Source of the DNA: Oscillospiraceae bacterium
GTDB lineage: Bacteria > Bacillota > Clostridia > Oscillospirales > Oscillospiraceae
Assembly: GCA_017416685.1 (NCBI GenBank)
Contig: JAFQBN010000012.1
Span: 59,950-123,949, forward strand
Reading direction: 5' to 3'
DNA: 64,000 bases
Numbering within the stretch: position 1 is the stretch's first letter; every line of letters begins with the position of its first letter. Shown piece after piece: positions 19,527 to 27,371 of the stretch. The position numbers were made by a program, and so were the translations under genes. The notes under the pieces were generated by a model. The model had not been told where the DNA came from. It saw nothing but the letters and a program-made list of their open reading frames with translations, and made no database searches.

Positions 19527-19565
19527 CAGGCGCGGGGCGTGCGAAGGGGGCGCGCCCCGCGCCTT
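19527..19565 (+). terminator. GC-rich hairpin closing the lysis operon
   Basis: AGGCGCGGGGCGTGC...GCGCGCCCCGCGCCTT. Confidence 0.6.
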
Positions 19566-19591
19566 ACCGGGGGATATTTTTTCAAAAAGGC

Positions 19592-19620
19592 TTTACAAAT
19601 ACGCCCGGGTGCTTTATAAT
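19592..19620 (+). promoter_or_regulatory. sigmaA promoter of the tRNA
   Basis: TTTACA-17bp-TATAAT. Confidence 0.75.
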
Positions 19621-19636
19621 ATGCTTTGTTCTGTTT

Positions 19637-19712
19637 GGGCCTATAGCTCAGCTGGGAGAGCGTACGGTTCGCATCCGTAAGGTCGTCGGTTCGATCCCGA
19701 TTAGGTCCACCA
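19637..19712 (+). tRNA. tRNA-Ala(CGC)
   Basis: 76 nt, GGGCCTA/TAGGTCC acceptor with G3:U70, anticodon arm TACGG-TTCGCAT-CCGTA, T-loop GGTTCGATCC, encoded CCA. Confidence 0.95.
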
Positions 19713-19746
19713 AAAGGCAGTCGCCCGTCCGGGCGGCTGCCTTTTC
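19713..19746 (+). terminator. tRNA terminator
   Basis: AAAGGCAGTCGCCCG-tc-CGGGCGGCTGCCTTTT. Confidence 0.8.
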
Positions 19747-19867
19747 TGTTTCTCAGCCCTCAAACACATCAAAATATACGCAAAAAGCGGCAAAACTTTC
19801 CCCATTTATCCATGAATTCCTCGTCATCTTCTGCTATACTATAAAAAACTCAAAAGGGAGTGACAGT

Positions 19868-20236
19868 ATGGGTAAAAAAGAATGGAGCATCGTGGACGGT
19901 TACCGTCCCCCCCTGCACAAGGGTGACTCCAAGGACTATCGCGGCCACGAGTGCGTGGTCATCCTAAACCGCAATGAGCAGGACGCCCACTGCCTGATCG
20001 ACATCTACTTCGAAGATCGTCCCCCGGTCAAGGGCATCCCCTTCACCGCCCCGGCGGAGCGGGTCAGCGCCTTCTACACCGACGACGAAAGCCTGTTCGG
20101 CGGTATCGGCCTTGACATCATGGTGCAGTACTCCATGTACATCCGCAGCGACGTGGATGTGGTGGTCCAGTACGGCCGCATGGACGTCAACCAGGACAAC
20201 CTGGCCTACATGGTCACCATGGGGTACGGAGAATAA
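19868..20236 (+). CDS. ASRT (Anabaena sensory rhodopsin transducer)-family protein
   Basis: MGKKEW.I.DGY.P..GHE.V.ILN...DA...IDIYFEDR.P..V.AER..QYS..I.SDV.VVVQYGR.D pattern. Confidence 0.8.
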   Translation: MGKKEWSIVDGYRPPLHKGDSKDYRGHECVVILNRNEQDAHCLIDIYFEDRPPVKGIPFTAPAERVSAFYTDDESLFGGIGLDIMVQYSMYIRSDVDVVVQYGRMDVNQDNLAYMVTMGYGE

Positions 20237-20273
20237 CAAAAACCCGGACGGAATGTTCCGTCCGGGTTTCCTT

Positions 20274-21110
20274 TTAATCAAAGGCAAGACCAAAGTAGGC
20301 CAAATCGCCCGACCATTGGGTCGGTTTGTCAATTAACCATCGGTACATGGCAAAGGGTTTCCCCACCTGTCCCCCTCGGCACGGGGTGCGCATCAGCCAC
20401 CGTTTGGCAGATATGGTTTTTACAAGGGCAGTCAGGATGGCGGCGTGTTCGCCTACGGGAGCAAGCAGTTCTTTGACCACTGCCGTATCCCCCGCCCGCT
20501 CCACGCAGGCACAGCCGCTGCCTACCCGGAACAGGCCGCCCCCGGACAGGCGGCACACCGCCAGCTGATAGGCAAGTGCCTGCGCCCCGCAGGCCACGTG
20601 AGCCGTACCGGACAGAAGCTTCTCCCGCAGGCTGCCGTATTCCTGCCACTCCACCGCCACGATAGGCAAAGGAGTTCCCGCTGTGTCGGGAACGACCTCC
20701 CGCTCCACAAGGGAAAACTGTTCCTCAAAGCCGTTGGCGGCAAAGAAGTTGTGCAAACTGTCGCTGGCCGGCACGGTGGTCAGGCAGGCAAATCCTCTGC
20801 TCTGCAGCCACTCCCCCGCCCATTTGAGCAGCATCCCGGCATATCCTTTCCCCCGGCAATCCGGATGGGTGGCCACGGCATAGAGATAAGCGCCCGGCCA
20901 CTGTCCGCCGTCTTCGGACACAAGGGGCATATCAAACCAGGCGGTCATGGCCTGCACACCGCCGGCATCCTCCAGCACCAGCACCTGCTCCGGGTCGGGG
21001 CAGGCGGTAAAAAAGCAGTCAATATACTCATCGCTGTCCCCAAAGGCCAGCTTCCAAAGCGCGCGCAGGCGGGGGCGGTCCTCCGCCGCAGATGTTCGCA
21101 TTTGTATCAT
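20274..21110 (-). CDS. GNAT family N-acetyltransferase
   Basis: LWKLAFGDS..YLYAVATHPDCRGKGYAGMLL acetyl-CoA motif; GGAGG SD. Confidence 0.85.
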   Translation of the reverse strand: MIQMRTSAAEDRPRLRALWKLAFGDSDEYIDCFFTACPDPEQVLVLEDAGGVQAMTAWFDMPLVSEDGGQWPGAYLYAVATHPDCRGKGYAGMLLKWAGEWLQSRGFACLTTVPASDSLHNFFAANGFEEQFSLVEREVVPDTAGTPLPIVAVEWQEYGSLREKLLSGTAHVACGAQALAYQLAVCRLSGGGLFRVGSGCACVERAGDTAVVKELLAPVGEHAAILTALVKTISAKRWLMRTPCRGGQVGKPFAMYRWLIDKPTQWSGDLAYFGLAFD

Positions 21111-21153
21111 ACGTCCTCCTATAAAAATACCCCCACTTTGTGGGGGCATTTCA

Positions 21154-21360
21154 TTATACCTCAGGGAAGATTTCGCTCTTTTTCGGCAAAATAGCGGCAC
21201 AAATAAGGTAGCCCCAAAACCCCACACTGGCACACAGGGTCAGAAACACCCAGCCCACACGGACCAAAGAGGGGTCAATACCAAAAAACTCCGCAATGCC
21301 GCCGCAAACGCCACACACCTTGGCGTCGGCATCTTCGGTTCGGTACAATCGTTTCTGCAT
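21154..21360 (-). CDS. PspC domain protein
   Basis: KRLYR..KVCGVCGGIAEFFGIDPSLVRV..YLICAAILP. Confidence 0.9.
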   Translation of the reverse strand: MQKRLYRTEDADAKVCGVCGGIAEFFGIDPSLVRVGWVFLTLCASVGFWGYLICAAILPKKSEIFPEV

Positions 21361-21390
21361 GGGAACACTTCCTTTCACACCATTGTATTC

Positions 21391-22569
21391 TTATTTCTGC
21401 TCCACCGGCACCAGCTGTCCGTCCGGGCCAAAGCAGACCCGCTGGATGTCGTTTCCGGTGTTCTTTCTGATGTCGTCCAGCCGGATACCCTCGGTAATGG
21501 TGGATACCAGAGAATATGCCACGCCGTGACGCTTGGCGCGGCCGGTGCGGCCCACACGGTGGATGTAATACTCATTCTCGTCGGGGATGTCGTAGTTAAA
21601 GACCACGTCCACATCGTCAATGTCAAGACCCCGGGCGGCCACGTCGGTAGCCACCAGCACCCGCATCTGTCTTTCGCGGAACTTCTGCAGAGTCTTTTCC
21701 CGGACCCGTTGCTGAATATCGCCGTGGATGGCTTCACAGCTGATGCCCCGCATACGCAGCAGACCCGCCAGCCGGTCTGTCATGTTCTTGGTGTTGCAGA
21801 AGGCGATACCCAGTGCGAAGTCGCCCAGTTCCAGCAGTCGGGCCACCACGTCCGCCTTTTCATTGCGTTCCACGTCCAGGCGGTACTGGGCAATGTCGGG
21901 CTTGTTCTGCTCGTCGGCACGGACAGTGATCTCCACCGGGTCCCGCTGATAGACCCAGGAGATGTCCATAACTTCCCGGGAGATGGTGGCGGAGAACATA
22001 CCCATGTTCCGGCGGTTCTTGATCTGGTCAAGGATCCGGGTCACGTCCCGGACGAAGCCCATGTCCAGCATACGGTCCGCCTCGTCCAGCACCACAGTCT
22101 GCACCTTATCAAGGCGCACGGTGCGCCGCTTCATGTGGTCCATGAGTCGGCCGGGGGTGGCCACTACGATCTGAGGCCGCTTTTTCAGCTGGGTGATCTG
22201 CTTGTCAATGGGCTGACCACCGTACAGGCATACGGTTCGCACGCCCTCTTTGAATGCACACAGATCCCGCAGTTCCTCCTGGATCTGGATGGCCAGTTCC
22301 CGGGTAGGGGCCAGCACAAGCCCCTGCACCTCATCACTCTCCGGGTCGATATGCTCTACCATGGGAATGCCAAAGGCAAAGGTCTTGCCGGTTCCCGTAG
22401 GGGCCTTGGCAATGACGTCCTTCCACTCCAAAAAGCAGGGGATGGCACCGGCCTGCACAGGGGTAGCCTGCACGTAACCCTTTTTGTCGATGGCACGCAT
22501 GATCTCGGCCGACAGGCCAAGCTGGTCGTAGCGCACCACGTCATTTACGATTTCGCCGTTGATTTCCAT
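21391..22569 (-). CDS. DEAD-box RNA helicase
   Basis: APTGTGKT, PTRELA, TPGRL, DEAD, SAT, ARGLD, HRVGRTGRA. Confidence 0.95.
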   Translation of the reverse strand: MEINGEIVNDVVRYDQLGLSAEIMRAIDKKGYVQATPVQAGAIPCFLEWKDVIAKAPTGTGKTFAFGIPMVEHIDPESDEVQGLVLAPTRELAIQIQEELRDLCAFKEGVRTVCLYGGQPIDKQITQLKKRPQIVVATPGRLMDHMKRRTVRLDKVQTVVLDEADRMLDMGFVRDVTRILDQIKNRRNMGMFSATISREVMDISWVYQRDPVEITVRADEQNKPDIAQYRLDVERNEKADVVARLLELGDFALGIAFCNTKNMTDRLAGLLRMRGISCEAIHGDIQQRVREKTLQKFRERQMRVLVATDVAARGLDIDDVDVVFNYDIPDENEYYIHRVGRTGRAKRHGVAYSLVSTITEGIRLDDIRKNTGNDIQRVCFGPDGQLVPVEQK

Positions 22570-22849
22570 AAATACAGTCGTTCCTTTCCGGTGTGTCGAT
22601 CCAAGGCCTTCCACTCACAGACACACGGTCCGAAACGCCTTTCCCCGGCGCGGCCTCAAATCACAGGGCAGTTTCCCACCCGTTTGCTGTATTCTACCAC
22701 AATCCGCTCCATTTTGCAATCGTAGTCATTGGATACAGTTTTTCAACACAAAATTTCCTGTTTTCCTGCAAATTTATGCTGTTATTCCTATGGATTTTGT
22801 GTTATACTGGTGCAACTGTGAGTTTATATTTGATGAAGGAGTACACACC

Positions 22850-24448
22850 ATGATCACGGTTACCGACCTGAGTTTGAATTACAGCGGCACCCCCCTGTTC
22901 TCCCACGTGGATCTGCAGTTCGCCCCCGGCAACTGCTATGGCATCATCGGCGCCAACGGCGCGGGCAAGTCCACCTTTCTGAAGATCCTGTCCGGCGAGC
23001 TGGAGTCCACCACCGGCGAGGTACACATCCTGCCCAACACCCGCATGTCTGTGCTGAAGCAGGATCAGAACGCCTATGACGCCTATAACGTCATGGACAC
23101 GGTCATCATGGGCAACCAGCGACTGTACGAAATCGGCAAGCAGAAAGAGGCCCTCTACGCCAAGGAGGAAATGACCGACGAGGACGGCATGCTGGCCTGC
23201 CAGTTGGAGGAGGAGTATGCTGAGTTGGGCGGTTGGGAGGCAGAATCCGACGCCAGCCGCATCCTGCAGGGTCTCGGCCTTGGCACCGAGCTGCATTACA
23301 ACGATATGGCTACTTTGGATGCCAGACTGAAGGTGAAGGTGCTGCTGGCACAGGCACTGTTCGGCAACCCCGATCTGCTGATGATGGACGAGCCTACCAA
23401 CAACCTGGACATTGATGCCGTCAACTGGCTGGAGGACTTCCTGCTGGACTTTGAGGGCACCGTCATCGTGGTTTCCCACGACCGTCACTTCCTGAACACC
23501 GTATGCACCCACATTGTGGACATCGACTATAATAAGATCAAGATGTATGTGGGCAACTACGACTTCTGGTACGAGTCCTCTCAGCTGGTGCAGCAGCTGG
23601 TGAAGAACCAGAACAAGCGCAACGAGGAAAAAATCAAGGAATTGCAGGACTTCATCTCCCGCTTCTCCGCCAACAAGTCCAAGTCCAAGCAGGCCACTGC
23701 CCGCCGCAAGCTGCTGGACAAGCTGACGGTGGAGGAGATGCCCGCTTCCTCCCGCCGCTACCCCTGGGTGGGCTTCACCCCCGACCGCGAGGTGGGCAAG
23801 GACATCCTCTTCGTCACTGACGTGTCCAAGACCATCGACGGCGTGAAGGTGCTGGACAAGGTCAGCTTCATTGTGGAGCATGGCGACAAGATCGCTTTCG
23901 TGGGCGACAACGAGAACGCCCACACCGCCCTGTTTAAGATTCTGTCCGGTGAGATGGAACCCGACGAGGGTACCGTCAAGTGGGGCCAGACCGCTACCTT
24001 CTCCTACTTCCCCAAGGACAACACCCCCTACTTCGACGGCTGCGACGATAACCTTGTCCAGTGGCTGCGCCAGTATTCCCCCGACCCCCAGGAGCAGTTC
24101 CTGCGCGGTTTCCTGGGCCGCATGCTGTTCTCCGGTGACGAGGTATACAAGCCGGTCAAGGTGCTGTCCGGCGGTGAGAAAGTGCGATGCATGCTGTCCC
24201 GGATGATGATGTCCGGCGCCAACGTGCTGATGCTGGACCAACCCACCAACCATCTGGATCTGGAGTCCATCGCCGCCCTGAACAAGGGTCTGGAGTCCGT
24301 CAAGTGCAACATTCTGGTGGCCTCCCACGACCACCAGCTGATCGAGACCGTGTGTAACCGCGTGTTCGACTTCACCGCCGAGGGCAAGCTCATCGACCGC
24401 AAGATGACCTACGACGAGTATCTGGAAAGTCAGAAACCGCAGGCGTAA
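22850..24448 (+). CDS. ABC-F family ATPase (YbiT/YkpA-like)
   Basis: Two NBDs with a linker and no TM segments; NBD1 GANGAGKST/DEPTNNLD; NBD2 degenerate. Confidence 0.9.
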   Translation: MITVTDLSLNYSGTPLFSHVDLQFAPGNCYGIIGANGAGKSTFLKILSGELESTTGEVHILPNTRMSVLKQDQNAYDAYNVMDTVIMGNQRLYEIGKQKEALYAKEEMTDEDGMLACQLEEEYAELGGWEAESDASRILQGLGLGTELHYNDMATLDARLKVKVLLAQALFGNPDLLMMDEPTNNLDIDAVNWLEDFLLDFEGTVIVVSHDRHFLNTVCTHIVDIDYNKIKMYVGNYDFWYESSQLVQQLVKNQNKRNEEKIKELQDFISRFSANKSKSKQATARRKLLDKLTVEEMPASSRRYPWVGFTPDREVGKDILFVTDVSKTIDGVKVLDKVSFIVEHGDKIAFVGDNENAHTALFKILSGEMEPDEGTVKWGQTATFSYFPKDNTPYFDGCDDNLVQWLRQYSPDPQEQFLRGFLGRMLFSGDEVYKPVKVLSGGEKVRCMLSRMMMSGANVLMLDQPTNHLDLESIAALNKGLESVKCNILVASHDHQLIETVCNRVFDFTAEGKLIDRKMTYDEYLESQKPQA

Positions 24449-24455
24449 CAAGCAC

Positions 24456-24489
24456 AAAAAATCCCCGGCCGTTGGGCCGGGGATTTTTT
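24456..24489. terminator. Bidirectional terminator
   Basis: AAAAAATCCCCGGCC-gttg-GGCCGGGGATTTTTT. Confidence 0.85.
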
Positions 24490-25180
24490 ATTTCTGTTTA
24501 CAAACCTCGATAAAGTTTTTGAAGAATTCCTGCTCGATGGGGTCACCCACGTGGAAGTTCTGCTCTGGGTGCCACTGGACGGCAAAAACCTTCTTTTCCC
24601 GGTTATCCACCGCCTCAATCACGCCGTCATCGGCGGCTGCCACCACCCGCAGACCGTCGCCAAGGCGGTCAATGCCCCAGCCGTGGTGGGAGTTGACCTG
24701 CGCCCTGCTCGTTCCAAACACGTCCCAAACAAAGCTGTCCGGCTCGATATTGATTTCGTGCATCCTCTTGTCAGCCATACCGGGCAGGCCGTGGGAGTAA
24801 TTCACATTCACCCGCTTGACCGAGCCGCCGAAGTAAATGTTCAGCACCTGAATTCCCTGACAGATACCAAAAATCGGCTTACCCGCCTCAACGAACAGAT
24901 CGATAATCGGCTTGTCATGGGCATACTCGTCAAACTTGATAATCTCATCTGTAGGGTCGCCGCCGTAATATTCCGGCAGGACGGTGTTGCTGCTGCCGGG
25001 GATGATCAATCCATCGCAGATATCGCACGCCCGACCGGCATCGGTTGGATTCATAATCGCGCATAGGGTAATGTTGTTTTTCTCCGCCATGTCCCAGTAA
25101 TCAAAGGGTATGGACGCCTTCTCCGCCCAGTGTCCGTCCTCCGGGCGGTTGCCGTATCGAAGCAAGATTCCCAAAATCAT
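24488..25180 (-). CDS. Peptidase C26 / gamma-glutamyl-gamma-aminobutyrate hydrolase family
   Basis: GLIIPG, GICQG nucleophile elbow, VNSHH, VQWHPE. Confidence 0.88.
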   Translation of the reverse strand: MILGILLRYGNRPEDGHWAEKASIPFDYWDMAEKNNITLCAIMNPTDAGRACDICDGLIIPGSSNTVLPEYYGGDPTDEIIKFDEYAHDKPIIDLFVEAGKPIFGICQGIQVLNIYFGGSVKRVNVNYSHGLPGMADKRMHEINIEPDSFVWDVFGTSRAQVNSHHGWGIDRLGDGLRVVAAADDGVIEAVDNREKKVFAVQWHPEQNFHVGDPIEQEFFKNFIEVCKQK

Positions 25181-25332
25181 CTTGTGTCCCTCCTGCATAG
25201 TTTTATCACAGCTTAGCATATCTATGGCTCTTTCTCAATCTATTCCGCCGCCGTTTTTTATGTCCCAAACCAAAAGTTTTTCTTTTCCGGGCATAAAAAA
25301 TTGCCGCTGTCAAGCGGCAATTTTTTATTGTT

Positions 25333-25983
25333 TTACAGGCAGCACCTTTTGAACGTCTCCATCCACTTGTCGGCAATGTACTGGTGGAAGGGGGCGCAGG
25401 GATGTACGCCATCGGCCAGCCAGTAGGTCTCCGGTGCCTTCTCACACAGCTCCAGCAGGTCGGCCTGCAGAGGGATCAGGGGCAAATCATACTTGGCGGC
25501 GATTTCCCGCACCGCCTGGGCGCGGATAGCGACCTCTTCCTCAAACCACGCGATACGCTCGGCGGTGGCGGGACCCTCCAGCACGAAGGGCTCCATCAGC
25601 ATAATCTTCAGGTCGGGTAGTTCTTCCTTCAGTTCCTCGATAAGCAGGTCATACACTTTCAAGTACTTGGGCCCGTCCACGCCGTGGGGATGCTCGGGGT
25701 CAAAGACCTCGTGCCACACATCATTGATGCCGATGAGGATACTCATATAGTCGGGCTTCAGGGCAATGATATCCCGCTTGGTGCGGGCGTAAACATCTAC
25801 AATCCGGTTGCCGCTGATGCCGCGGTTGATAAACTCATACTCGCCGGGATGCTCCAGACCCATGCGTCCGGCAATGAAGCTGGCGTAGCCGTTACCCAGG
25901 TTCAGCAGAGGGTCCTTTTCGGAGGGTCCTTTGCCACGGGTACAATCGGTGATGGAATCACCCATAAACAGAATCCTTTTCAT
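25333..25983 (-). CDS. SGNH/GDSL hydrolase
   Basis: GDSITD, NRGISGN, GIND, DGVHP. Confidence 0.9.
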   Translation of the reverse strand: MKRILFMGDSITDCTRGKGPSEKDPLLNLGNGYASFIAGRMGLEHPGEYEFINRGISGNRIVDVYARTKRDIIALKPDYMSILIGINDVWHEVFDPEHPHGVDGPKYLKVYDLLIEELKEELPDLKIMLMEPFVLEGPATAERIAWFEEEVAIRAQAVREIAAKYDLPLIPLQADLLELCEKAPETYWLADGVHPCAPFHQYIADKWMETFKRCCL

Positions 25984-26005
25984 TCTATGTTACCTTCTTT
26001 CTGAA

Positions 26006-27250
26006 TTATACCTGCCAGCCGGACAGGTAGGCTTTCTGTTCCTCGGTCAGCTCATCAATGGCAAGGCCCAGAGCCGCCAGCTTGGTGACACCAATCTGGT
26101 AGTCGATTTCCTCGGGGATATCGTACAGTTTCAGTTCCAGTTTCTCCTTGTGCTTGACCAGCCACTCGGCCGCCAGAGCCTGCACGGCGAAGGACATATC
26201 CATGATTTCCGCAGGATGGCCGTTGCCGGCGGCCAAATTCACCAGCCGACCATCGGCAATGACATTCAGATTGCGGCCGTCTGCCATGGTGTAGCCCACA
26301 ATGTTGGCCCGGCGCTCAGCGCGGCGAGTGCAGTTGGCCTCCAACCACGCCACATCCACCTCACAGTCAAAGTGGCCGGCGTTACACAGCAAGGCGTTGG
26401 TCTTCATAACCGCAAAATGCTCGGCAGTGATAACATCTTTGCAGCCGGTGGCAGTAATAAAGAGGTCACCCAAAGGCGCAGCCTCCGCCATAGGCATGAC
26501 TCGGAAGCCGTTCATGGTGGCATCCAGCGCCTTGAAGGGGTCAACCTCGGTCACAATGACATCGGCGCCCATTCCCTTGGCACGCAGGGCGATGCCGCTG
26601 CCGCACCAGCCGTAACCGGCCACCACCACCGTCTTGCCGGCCACGATGAGGTTAGTCGTGTGCATGATGCCGTCCATAACGGACTGGCCGGTGCCGTACT
26701 TGTTGTCGTAGTAATGCTTGGCCTTGGCATCGTTCACCGCCATCATGGGGCAGGGCAGCCGTCCCTCCCGCTCTCTCGCTTTCAGACGGTGGATACCGGT
26801 GGTGGTCTCCTCACAGCCGCCGATGAGGCAGTCGGCGTACTCGCGGCATCTGCCGTCCAGCAGCTGGATCAGGTCGCCGCCGTCGTCAATGACGATGTGA
26901 GGATGGCATTTCAGGGTCTCCACCAGCAAATCCTCGTACTGCTCGGGGGTAACGCCATGGATACCAAAGGTCTCCACTCCCATCTCCGCCACGGCGGCGG
27001 CCACATCGTCCTGGGTGGACAGGGGGTTGCAGCCGGTGAGGTAGACCTCCGCGCCGCCTTTTTTCAGTACCAGACCGAGATTGGCGGTCTTGGCCTCCAG
27101 ATGGACGGAGACGGCAATGCGCAGACCGGCGAAGGGTTGCTCTTTTTCAAACCGAGCCTCGATACCGGACAGGGCAGGCATGAAGTCCCGGACCCATTCA
27201 ATTTTCTGCCGCCCGGAGGGCGCCAGGGACATATCTTTCACAATGCTCAT
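26006..27250 (-). CDS. ahcY: S-adenosylhomocysteine hydrolase
   Basis: HLEAKT, CNPLSTQDD, DDGGD, EETTTG, DNKYGTGQS, GYGWCG, NAGHFD, GRLVNL..GHP.EIMD.SF. Confidence 0.96.
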   Translation of the reverse strand: MSIVKDMSLAPSGRQKIEWVRDFMPALSGIEARFEKEQPFAGLRIAVSVHLEAKTANLGLVLKKGGAEVYLTGCNPLSTQDDVAAAVAEMGVETFGIHGVTPEQYEDLLVETLKCHPHIVIDDGGDLIQLLDGRCREYADCLIGGCEETTTGIHRLKAREREGRLPCPMMAVNDAKAKHYYDNKYGTGQSVMDGIMHTTNLIVAGKTVVVAGYGWCGSGIALRAKGMGADVIVTEVDPFKALDATMNGFRVMPMAEAAPLGDLFITATGCKDVITAEHFAVMKTNALLCNAGHFDCEVDVAWLEANCTRRAERRANIVGYTMADGRNLNVIADGRLVNLAAGNGHPAEIMDMSFAVQALAAEWLVKHKEKLELKLYDIPEEIDYQIGVTKLAALGLAIDELTEEQKAYLSGWQV

Positions 27251-27371
27251 GTGGAAACATTCCTTTCCGCGATTTCGGGGTTATTGTATCACACTTGCCC
27301 GGACAAAGAAAGGATTTTATTTGCAAATACACAAGGAAAGTGTTACGATAGACAACATAGGAGGCGAGCCT

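Larger units (their letters stand above)
14570..19565. mobile_element. Phage-derived minimal immunity + payload + lysis module (no integrase, head or tail-tube genes)
   Basis: immA/immR-like pair, divergent promoters with operators, sigma-r4 gene, tail-fibre-like gene, holin, CHAP lysin and a closing hairpin. Confidence 0.8.

Noticed and set aside
14570-19565. Complete inducible prophage or full tailocin
   Set aside because: No integrase, replication, terminase, portal, capsid, tube, sheath or tape-measure gene within or next to the module.
19690-19712. tRNA-Ala 3' end as att site for the module
   Set aside because: I found no second copy of the tRNA 3' end near 14560 or elsewhere, and the module lies on the 5' side of the tRNA.
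27250-27320. SAM/SAH riboswitch upstream of ahcY
   Set aside because: The likely promoter (TTGTCC-17-TACAAT) leaves only a ~25-nt leader with no riboswitch consensus.
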